Of a stretch of DNA of 64,000 bases, positions 52,801 through 64,000 are shown piece by piece (the first letter of the stretch is position 1; each line of letters begins with the position of its first letter). The position numbers and the translations under genes were made by a program. Source of the stretch: Catajapyx aquilonaris (lineage: Eukaryota); contig KZ537989.1 in the NCBI GenBank assembly GCA_000934665.2, positions 62,001 to 126,000 of the forward strand. The letters run 5' to 3'. Under the pieces are notes generated by a model, which made no database searches, was not told the DNA's origin, and saw only the letters and a list, made by a program, of their open reading frames with translations.

Positions 52801-55800
52801 CACAGTTGCTCCTGCAACGTTTCGCTCTCGATGCCTGCGGTGCATGTGCGTTGCAGCAGCATCAGGCATATATACCAGGGGGGTTGTAGAGAAAACAAGG
52901 GGAGGCAACCTTTCTCCCGTGGCTCATAAAGGAGCAGTAAGTAAATACCTTCTTCCACCATATATCCATTTACCCGGGACAGAAACACTGGGGTTTTCAC
53001 GCGACCTATACTAATACTTTAAGCAAAAATACAGATATATGCGAAAACCTCCTGGTGTATTATGATTGGTGAACCATTACCCCCTGGGCAAGTGCAAAGT
53101 GCAAAAAATGGAATTCCAGCCGCCGTTTCCATCCGGGCAAGCTGCAAATGCGTAAGCCCCAGCTATACCGGAATCCGGGTTTTGCCAGACAAAAAGCGCC
53201 TATCTATAGGCAGCACGTCGCGCCTTCGGGAAAAGCTCAAAGCCTGGAGCCAGGGGAAAACCCGTGCTGCTGCAACGGTGTAACGGATAGCACAATTGAT
53301 ACCCAGCATTGTAGCGCACCGCAACGTAGCGACAGACATTTTCTCTCTTTTTTTTAGACTGAAACCGGGTGTGGGGGGTCCGGGGCTTAAAACCCTTCGG
53401 ACACTCGTAACTCAAACCTCCTGGTCCGTAAAGGCGGATAAAATTTTCACCTCTCCTTAGTCGGAGGGCCCTCGCCGAATGGACGCACACAGACGTAGCA
53501 GGTTTACAAAGGAGACCATAAAGCGCTCCTGTGGGCCATGCTAACCGCCTCCAGCCCTTTCCATTAGTTTCATCTCCGCTCTCGGGTTATGCTCCGGAGT
53601 TTCCTTACTCCTTGGCCACGAGGGTTATATGGAAGCCTGGAACTGGATAAAGAAAGTGCGGGACACATGTCGGCCGTCGGGTCATCGATTATTCATCTAG
53701 GGTTGTTTTTTTTTTTGAAAAAAAAAGTCGTTACATAACCATGCTCTCGCATTTTTGAGGGGGTTGCAAGCTTGGTATCACGGCTATGGATCCCAGTGGA
53801 AATTAAATTCTGCTCCATTAGGTATGAAAATAAAGCGCGGGTAATTGCGACGTCTTGTCTCATTGTCGTGCTCAAATGAAACGAACGGTTTCAACCTCCT
53901 TGATTATACTTTTAAAGCTAATTATCTACAAACCCGTAACGAGGCGGGAATTAGCCTGAAAATTTCTTTGATAAATATGCGCTTAGCTTTAAACTGGCGC
54001 GCAGCTGGCAGCAAATACGGCAATAATTTTATGATCTCTTCCAACCCCCAACCAGGAGCGATGCCAACAATGCGGCCTCTACACATCTACAACTATCCCC
54101 TTTGGCCAGAACAGCATGAATCCCAGCCACACTCGGCATTATGCAAACTCTGAGAGTCCTCTCCGCCAGCATCTGACTTGGAAATGCTGGCTCCGGGGGA
54201 CTAATGGCTGCCAGACTCCCACGCTCAACAATGGTGCAACCCCCCCTACTCTTGATTTCGCCTACTGCCTCGCAACAATACGGCTTGAATGTTGACGTCT
54301 TCTGGCCTGGAGCCATTCAGGTGCCAACTTTGCCAGTTGGAAAATCTCCGGGGGTTCTCTTTTCTTCTGCCACTTGACAAAAAGGAGCTTGTCCTTCTAC
54401 AGCCACAATCATCGCCAAAGTGCCCATTTTTGCTCCAGGCGTCTCTTGAATGTTTGCCAAAACGCGCCCACCTATATGTGCACAAGTGCTCCAGTGTGTG
54501 AGGACTAGTCCGCCCATGTGAAGGGTCACACACGGTCATCTCTCCTTCAATATGATCTGAATAAAGACGCGCACACAAAGGCTTGCTGAGATTCGTGCAA
54601 TTTCATTTCATTTATCAAAGGCATAAGGTATCATTTCCACGTATTTGACTTGTGATGCCTTTGAAACAATTATGCCGGTCCCTGACAATTTTATTAGCTT
54701 TTCGAAATAACTTTTTGATGAATTGGAATCGTTCTGCATCGAAGCACTCTCCGCTTTTATCTCGCAGGCTGTACTACAATAAAATATGACTCGCTTTGAA
54801 CGGCTTATTATGCCGTTTCAGACGACCTTAATTGCAGCGGTAATGTCAATTAAGCTTTATCAAATGACTCCAATATTTGAGAAGGACGATTGCAGGGCTG
54901 TAGCTTATTGCGATTGTGGTTGAGTCACTGTGTTTATGCAGTTGTGTATTCGAGTGAGTTACTCGGGGTCAGCGTATACAAGGATATGGCAGATTTGTTT
55001 ATGCTGTAAAGTGTGCAGGCATGTAGGTCACGGTTATATCATCATACAAACGACTGTCCAGACAATTTGTATCCTTCCTATTGGTCAAAATAATACAATT
55101 CTACCAGCATTTCACTCCAAGCTCTGGAGATTTCATGCTGAATTTCGCCAAATCCACACACGAGAATCCCCCGTGTGAAATCCCACATGTTCCCTTTGCG
55201 TGGTCGTCCAGCGGCCATGATTCACGCCACACTGACGTCAGTAGTGACGCTCTCAACTTATTTGAAATCCTGCACATCTGACGCCTACCAAACGAGGCGG
55301 CAGCAGTCCTGGACCCGGAAGAAATGACGATATCTCCTGGGTCCTCCCTCAAAGGCTGGTACATCCACACCCATCACCCACATGCCAGCATTCCAGCAGG
55401 ATCCTTCACTATAACCCCCTACCATACACCCCTCCTCTCTTCAACGGCTCATTACAAACGCCTCCCAAAGAAGGAATTCAATATCGGCCTCGTCTTTCCT
55501 CTAATTCCAGGCATGGAATGCAGTCTCAACTTTCGGTTGGGGTGGGGGGGGGGGGGGGGGGNTAGGGCCATCGACTCCGCAATTAGAAGACACCCAGGAG
55601 GATTTTTCAAAAATATGGGGACCAACCTATGCACAAACATAGCGTCCAATAATTAACCGCACATAGCTAATATCGAACTCATTTACATCCCTATAGTTTT
55701 TTTTTCTATTATTTTTTATGGAGCTGAAGGGAGGGAGACTTACACCATGCATTAAAATGTCCCTGTCTCTTCCTTACGACCCTGGAGAGTTTAATTGAAC

Positions 55801-58800
55801 ATAAACCAGCTCGGAATGAACCCAAAGTGGGTGAATAATTTAGCTAGCTGGAGTTGGCGAAGGGGAAAGTACTGCTGGGAAGACAATGAACTTCCGAAAA
55901 TGATCCATCAGACAAAAGGACGCGAAGGGGGCAGCACCAGCAGGGGCAGAATATACATTTTTTTGGGGTGGAAGAGATGGGGGGGACATACATTCCCGAG
56001 GGTACAGATGGGATAATTATACCCCCAATGACATTTGGGTATTTCTGGAAGCTGCAAGAAAATATCTCCATTTTTGGAACGCGTCGAGGGAGGAAAATAT
56101 TGGCAAAAACCTTAATTGGCAAAACTGGCAATGCCACTTGCGGGTTGACTTTGTCCGGGTGGGAAAACATCCCCGAGGAATCCTTCCTAAAACTTTGTGC
56201 CCCCGCCATTTTTGCGGCGTCGCTAATTAGGCTGCCGTGCAAATTATTCGACCATCTCTGGCCGGGTAGGATGAAGAAGTGGACTCCTCCAAAAACCAGA
56301 GGAATGCAAATAATAGTCGGAGAGTCAAACTTGCGCTGACTTAAAGTGCAATCTCGCACGCTCTACTTGCCTCTAATCCCATTTGCCAGCGTCTTTGCCT
56401 TCTCCTCTTGCTCTTCCTCTTACAACCCCCACCACCACCACCATTTCAAACCAACCCTCCGATGCTTCTTCCTTCAGGCTAGTCTTGCGCAAATTTCATG
56501 CCCAACTGCTCTTCCCCTGGCTGGTGTTTGCTCAAAAAATTTCAGCTCCAACTTTTGCCTTATGTATTGCGCAACATTGCCTTTGGGATATGAGGAAAAA
56601 AGAAATCGGTGGTACCCACCTGTGTGTACATATACTGGGCAATGTGGGCGTGCAAAGGAGGCCAAGGTAAAGGGCACTCGAGTTCATTATCAAAAATTCA
56701 ATTACAGTGTGGGGAGGCTTTCATGTGATAACGGTGTCAGTTTATATGATGGAGTGTATGGGCAATCTCAAGACATCATTGCCAAAAATGATAAGTTAAC
56801 ATGCACTTGTGGTCGATATGCTTCAAAACGCAACGTATGACACGTGCGTACATTCCGTCGCGTTTTAAACGCCCGACCTTGAACGTTCCGGTGGTTGGTA
56901 TCCGCAGCAAACTGCCCCGAACAGACTCATTAGCATCTCGCGCCAGCCTCCTCCTGTTTAGCATTTGACGCAATTATCGCTCCCTCCCCTCTTCAAATAT
57001 TTATCCCAATCCGCCAGATCAATTCCTCCCCACTCCCCCCACCCCTCCATTTTTTTTGTGTGTACCCTAGGTTTAACCTTACCTTGACCTGGGGGCAGCC
57101 AGCCAGCCAGAGTTGCCAATATTCTCAGTCCTCATCATGCCTGTAAAGAGGATCGTGTTTAATTAATAAATGATGACCATGATGTTACATGATAGACGCT
57201 ACAGCTGCCGCCTGGCGCTCATTGCCAACTCCGACTCCAACGGCGGACACCCGAATGCAGCGCCGAAGCGGGAAACCCCATCCCTATTTCACATTTTAGC
57301 AGTGATTGTAGTCAAAATCCTGCACTATCCTCTGCAGTAGTGCCATAAATCATCACAATGGTCCAAAAACATGACAACCCACTGAAAGAGGGATGGTCCA
57401 ACTGACGGAAATCCCCCTCCGGAGCAAACATGATTGGAATGCAACGGGGGTTCCCCCCACCCCTTAGGCCGATAGAAAGGGGGGTAAAAAAAGGGGCCTG
57501 CAGCCCCGTGAACCCGGCTGCCAGCTTCTCCGTGACCTCTCCCCGTGTTTACCCTGAGCAAACAGAGCAAAATGCCCTGGAGAATGCTGGGTAGGAAGGC
57601 GTCTGGCAAGCTGACTTGATACATGCCTCCGTTTCCAAAGGTAATTGGATTGGGAGAGGACTTGGATGGGTGGGGGGTGGGTTATGAGGCCTGGGGTATA
57701 TGCGTTCGTTAGTGTGCATCAATTCAGCTTGGATGAACCACACAAGACGAACTATCACGTCTTCCTGGCCAAGACAACCTCCAGCATCAATCAAGGGGAG
57801 GATGGGGAGGATATTGTAATAATAGTTATTATTATGGCAGGCACATTGCCAGGATCCCAACACCTGATTTTACAAGCTGCTACCAACGTCAGCTTGTTGT
57901 GTACCAACAGCATGGGGGGAAAGTGATTGATTTTATAATTTCATATCCATTTATACACAGCCATCCGGCATTAGGCTAATTGCTGGCTGGGGAAAAATGC
58001 GGAAGATGCACGTAGCTGATGCCTACATTTTCAGTCCTATATTTTTTTTACGGGCAGTAATTAACTTTTAGACTGTGCAAATAAGTTGAGGGCTAATTGC
58101 GTCGCGTAATTTAAACGATCCTGATACCGTGAATAGGACGGGCTCATATATGGGTTGTCTTTCGTCCATAACGGGTTACGGGCCCACAAACCCATTTCCA
58201 CGTCTCTTTTTCATCGCAAGGGAACCATATAATTTTTTTTTTTTCTGAGCTCCACCTTCCGGGGGTTTTTTTTTCAATCAACGTGATCTAGGGAGTAACT
58301 CTTGGCCTCGGTGAAGACAGGACCGAGTGACCTCTGGCCCAATCAAGAACCAAGGGCACCCCAGGGCGCCTCCAACCGCGATCTCGATTAGGACCCACTT
58401 ACTGGCGTCACTTGGCGAGATAAAAAAGAAAAGATGAAGACGTTCATCCACGCCCAACATCTCAAGAACCCTCTTTTTGTGCTCCTATTTATTTATACTG
58501 GTGAGACTTCCGTGTTTTTTCATCCTTGACCCAGCTTCAAAATATGGGAAAGTAATACAATACCCGGTATAGCGTGCACTGTAGGGGGGTGTTTGATCGA
58601 ATAACCAAATGTGCAAAAATCCAGGAATCAAATTCGAGTGGAAGGCCTCATGCATTCAGTTAATTTCTAACCACTTGACAATACCCTGTTATAACGTGCT
58701 GGTACAACCTCTGGAGAGTGAAGAGGCGAGGATGAAGCACGCTTCAAATCATGCCCACACTATGGGTTTCAATTATCCTACTTTGCAATTGATTCATCAA

Positions 58801-61099
58801 ATTATCTCACCCTCCCATAATCAGTAATAATAATCATAATAATAGTTGTTGTTGTTGTTTAGGCAGGAATACTGCAATATTTTGTCTTGTTTGGTATGGG
58901 GACAGTAGGGTGGTTGGTAATGGTGGTGGGGGGGTAGAAGAGTAACAGGCTTCCAAAAAATGCTACTCCTACTCACCCTGCAGCAGGGCTTATTTGGCTT
59001 GGAAAATGCCTTGCTAGCACACTTGGGGAACCAACTCGCCTCCTGCCGAGTATCGACTTCGTCTTCCTCATACTAAGAAAAAAAGAGGAAAGGGGTGGGG
59101 TAGGGAGCAAGAGGGAAGATTCTACCACCCACCATTTTTTAGTGGGTAGGGGGGTAGGGTGGAAGAGGCTTTCAGAGATAAATCTCAGTGTGTCTGCACG
59201 TAGGTGAAGAAGAGGTATTAGGATTTCCTTGCCACACCGGGGCCGTCTTCATGCAGCGGGGTTATAAAAATAGGGAAACGAGACTCGATTTGTTATATTG
59301 GTAAGGAGGCGGGGGTGCAGGTCTGGAAGACGACATTTTAGGCAAAAAGACTATCGCAAGAAACCCCGGAGAGCCTCGGGACCTACTCCAAATGACGGAG
59401 ACATCGGAAGACTCGGAGGAAATGAGGTACACTCTGTTGCAAAGGATGGCCTTATAAAAAATAACGTATACTCCCTACCAGATAATTGCATGGATAGGAA
59501 TAAATTCTATATGACACACACAAAAAAAGTTCTATTCAATGCGCAAAAGTTGTACGCCTGAAGCTGAACGGATGGTGGAAAAGTACAAAAGCTAGTTGGA
59601 AAAAAACGCATTAATATCAGGTTTCAAAGTGAATCCGGGCGTTCAAACCTTCATTACACGGTATCATATATCTAGGTCCTCGGTTTTCCAGATAGGTACA
59701 AAAAAAACTGATGCAACGAGGTTCCATTCCATTTCACCCTATGCAACCAGATTCAACACCTGGAAAACAACCCTCAAAAACACTGACACTGTTTATCCCT
59801 CAAATACAAGCGTAGTCCAAACATTTTTTTCGAAGCGGCCCTCTTCTCTTTCTAAACCCTACAGAAGTGGTTTTATGAGGCTCCCAAAGGGCTCCTCTAC
59901 CACACTACCGACCAGCTCTCTGGAGCCCCCAACCCAACTTTACACAAAGCGATGAACCGCTTCAAGTGAGCAGCATTCAAAGCTGATGAATATTTGACTA
60001 TCCATATCCGTACCCCCCTACTAGGAGTCAACCTGCCTTCTTTTACTGCTTGCTCCAGAATGCCACTGTCAAACTATTTTTTTTTCCGCAAATAGTTTGG
60101 ATGGAACAACAAAGGGCAGGTACGTCCCCCGTTTTGCTATTCCAGATACGTCTTATCGGTGCTCATAAAACCTCGGAGCCATAAAAGCCCGATACGAAAG
60201 TCCGTCATTACCGGAATTTTCTCATTCCGTCCAGTGTACGGTTGGCCACGCATACCAAGCTCCTAAATAAAGAAATAAACCGGTTGGGATCATTACTGGC
60301 GACAAAAATGTTGGCCCCAGCCAAGATCCTAAACGTCGAATAGTTTCCACGCAGTTTGTCACCTGTCCGTGGGGATGAAACAAATAGATTTCACACCGAT
60401 GCGGAGTGTTTACAGCGGCCATAAAACCCAGCTAACATGTCAGGCCTGTGACGCAGACCCCGCTTTTGCCTGGAAAACCTTACGCTATACTTTCCATATA
60501 CGGCATATTCCCCAACTCTGCTAGTAAAAAAAAATTTCACCAACAAATCGATCGTGCAATGGTTTTGGCTGCAAACTCAGTAAAACTGTTCAATTTCATG
60601 CTAAAATTTGCAGAAATTTGCTCTGCCTTCCAACCATAAAAAAATATGTCTGCATATTGCATTTTCCTTCATGCCTGGCGGGAATTGGCGGATTTCGAAC
60701 AGCTTTCAAAAAACTTGTGCTCCGGGATGACAAGAGTAGGCTCCCCAAATTTCATTACGACCTACAGAGCATGCCATATGCAACGTCGCAATACCTGACG
60801 TCATCTCCGGCTCGAGTCACATGATAGCAAAAAAAACAAAAAAATGACTGACAAGCCTAAGCCTGCAGGACCAGTCCTTCCCATGACACGTAACTAGCTA
60901 AATTCAATTACTATTGGATTTTTCCAGGCATGAATCTAGCACACGCACTAATTATAATTGAAAAGTCTTTTCTGGGTTTTTTTTTGTACCATACCCGGAA
61001 ATCCCTGCAGCAGGTAGCTTAATTTGGGAGGCCCCTACAGCATCAATCTATAATCTCTGTAAAAAAATCGAGTTAAAAAATATTGAGCGCACTCTTGCA

Positions 61100-61184
<85 letters not shown>

Positions 61185-61188
61185 GTTA
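61100..61188. repeat. (TAT/ATT)n microsatellite
   Basis: About 29 trinucleotide units with two TGT interruptions. Confidence 0.97.
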
Positions 61189-64000
61189 TGCTTAGGGAAC
61201 AGGCAGTCCTTTTGCCTTGGCATCAACAAAGAAGCGACTTCTCAACTTCCCCAGGTAATTTGCATGCAAACGGCCTTCCCACAGTGACCGCCGTCATGCA
61301 AGGGGCATCCAAGAGCCCCATCTTCCCCTCGGGCTGCCCCCGTTAAAATATACGAGAGGATGTGTGGACCACACAAACCTAACTTAGAGGCTCCATTTAA
61401 AACGGGGCCGATCTTTTAAACCTGTCTACTGCACGTCCCATAGATGGCTCTGGCTTGCACTTTACGGCCGAGGTTAAGAGGCCAGTTTTCACTCCCTGAA
61501 TGATACCTACGAGTTTGCTCTCCAATGTCTAAGTCCCTGCTGCTTTTATACGTCGTCCTAAATAGCCTTCATAACTAAGAACTCTTTTTAACAATGTTGT
61601 AAAACGTTGGGAATCCTTCGGGGCTGGATCGCACTCGGGCGTCGCGATTAATTCTCCATCTGGTGGGCCATTTTCAACGAACCTGTCCGATTCGGCTCCT
61701 TCACTGTACGTTAAGCTGTCCTTCGCGATTACGGCTACAGACAGGATTCTAATAAAATTGTCTAGCGTTACCGGGCACCAGAACAATTCGGGCTGTCTGC
61801 TCTCACCAGTTTGAAAAAAAAAAGAGTTTGCGACGTTTCAGAATTATTTCCCAAGCGCTTTCAGCACGACTTATCCTAGTTTAATACGCAACCTGTGTGA
61901 CAGGCGATGAGACAAAAAAGCGCTTTGAAAAAAGAAAAAAAAGGGATCCTCCACGCGACATTTAAATAACTGCTCGGTGTCAGGTTGGCGTGTGTGTTTT
62001 GTCGCCGGAAACATCACTTATGCGTCGAAGAACATGGAAACTTCATTAGAGGGCTATAGGGATGTGTTTTATGCAAAATTAAAGCGCAGTGCTTGCTATC
62101 TGCCGCCATAAATAGTGCGGGCACAAGGTAAACAGCCTGTTAACTAGGTGAAATTAAAATTGCGCCCGTGGCACTCGTCTAATTTGTATACAGTCTTCAA
62201 ACAGGCCCTTTCGTTATACAACAATAATTTCCTTTGACGCCATTTATATGCACGCAGATATTTCCAGAGCTGCCAATGACATTTTCATGTTTCCGTACAC
62301 ACAAACAGGCCAAAATGTTGCCCGAAACCCTTTTTGCCTATTTTCAGATCCGCGTCCTGGTTATCGATTCAGCATCGTTTTCATATAACACCGTAAACAA
62401 CGTGTTTATCGAGGCTGACCTAGCTAGGTCCTAAGGGCATACCGCCACAGGATGTGTCGTAAGATGCTCTGAATTGGCACGTGGAGACTAACTTTGCATA
62501 CGAAAAAGCGAGGGTCCGAGATAAGCCTTCAGAAATGGGGTGGAGTTCTTCTTCAGATATCTACCCACACCCTTTCGGTCACTCACCTCGTCATTGGGGT
62601 CACCTCCAACTTAACGCCCCTTTTTTGTGACCACCGCTGCCAGAAATAGAACCCTACCAGACCATCAGTGACATGCGGCCAAAACTGCGCACAGTAACTC
62701 GTACAATTACAGCCAACTGCGATCCACAGGAAATATTACGCGTTTCACACCAATTCCGAATTTTATGCCGTTGTCATTGGGCCACTTTGATGACTAATCG
62801 GAGGCAGTTTCGAATACCCCCCCCGAACTGACACGGGGCTGAATTTAAATTTTATTGCATCCATTTTTCTCCGCCAATAATCTCCGGTCATCAATTCAAC
62901 GCATGAATTACGACCATCCCGCTTATTACTATTGAAAGTACGACCGGTAACGAGTCATACACAGAAAAAGACCCGACCATTTGAATGTCCTCCCCATCCA
63001 GCTTGATATAAATGGAAACCACGACCCTAGCCGACATGGCCACCCACACCTCCCCCAACTAGTTACGTTTAATTTCCAATTTGCAAATATTTACCCACCC
63101 GACGCACGGCCAAGTTGCTGTGCATCCCATAACCAGCAAATTCTGATTCAGCAGAATGCGATTATACATATAGCCAGGTAAACAAAAACCGGTGGGCGGG
63201 GGAGTAGGGCCAGCATCATTCCAGCCCTGGTTAGCAAAAGGGCCTGCCAACTGAATTATTCAAGGGGGGGGGGGGCCTCCCACGAATGAGCGCTCCATTT
63301 ACTGTACACCTGACAAAATTCCATCAATTCAAATGGAATCACCATGGTTCCTTATGTACTGGCCACCTGTGCTCTCAAATAATGAACATGCCCCCGAAAG
63401 GCAGATAAATAAGTCAAGCCCTAATCTGACATTATGCGGATAGTCTGAATGTTTCAGTTGGTACGCCTGACCCGACCGATTTGCAGGGTTGGATATATTT
63501 ATTTGATAGTTCGACCTCCCATCCACCAGAGGCGCTGCCTTTCCCATTGCGCAGGCGCACAACGGAGGCTAATCAGAAGTATCGGTCATACAACGACATA
63601 TTTTAATATTATAAATTTACTTCTTTAATTTTATTTATTGTACGAAGCGTATATATGGCTGTTTATAAGCCTTTCAAACTTGGCACCATTGCTGGATCTT
63701 TATTCCCCGTCTGTTCCTTCCTCCTCCGGGGCCTCCCGCCAGCCAAATATTTCGTCCCTTGTCGACTTAACTTCACCTTGTTCGCTCGGGCCCGCAATTG
63801 CCAAGAAAAGGCCGACTCCGGGCACTTTGCACTACACTACATCCACTCACTCCGTCTTTTCCACATCAATATTTCATTCCCCTTACTCTGCCGGTAACTA
63901 CCAGCACAACTTTCCTCCCATCAAATTACAGCATGCATAATGTTTCTGGCTAGGTGGCTAATGAAGGCCTGCATTCGGCCATGTAGGTCTAGGCCATATG

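Noticed and set aside
61035..61346. Poly-Asn / poly-Ile ORFs
   Set aside because: Products of the (ATT)n microsatellite

Overview
Eukaryotic (arthropod-type) genomic DNA with short 55-80 nt introns; no prokaryotic operons, CRISPR arrays or rRNA/tRNA genes. Left half (+ strand): most of a misshapen/MAP4K4-TNIK-MINK kinase gene (first exons not visible), an SLC19 thiamine/folate transporter, and a secreted carboxyl/cholinesterase-fold gene whose nucleophile Ser codon is replaced by Asp. Middle: a 3.6 kb CTTATGGGTTA-type satellite carrying a mariner-type MITE and a tRNA-derived SINE, a decayed ionotropic-receptor (IR)-like pseudogene, a CCAGT-type repeat, and two tandem paralogues of a GFRP/GCHFR-like small-domain family (one is only recoverable by splicing and is missed by the ORF track). 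Right half (- strand): a tartan/capricious-type LRR transmembrane gene whose TGA is followed by 70 open in-frame codons ending in -SKL, then about 18 kb with no recognisable coding sequence, presumably regulatory. At least six MITEs from four DNA-transposon superfamilies can be delimited by TIR and TSD. All family assignments are by eye from remembered motifs, not from database searches.
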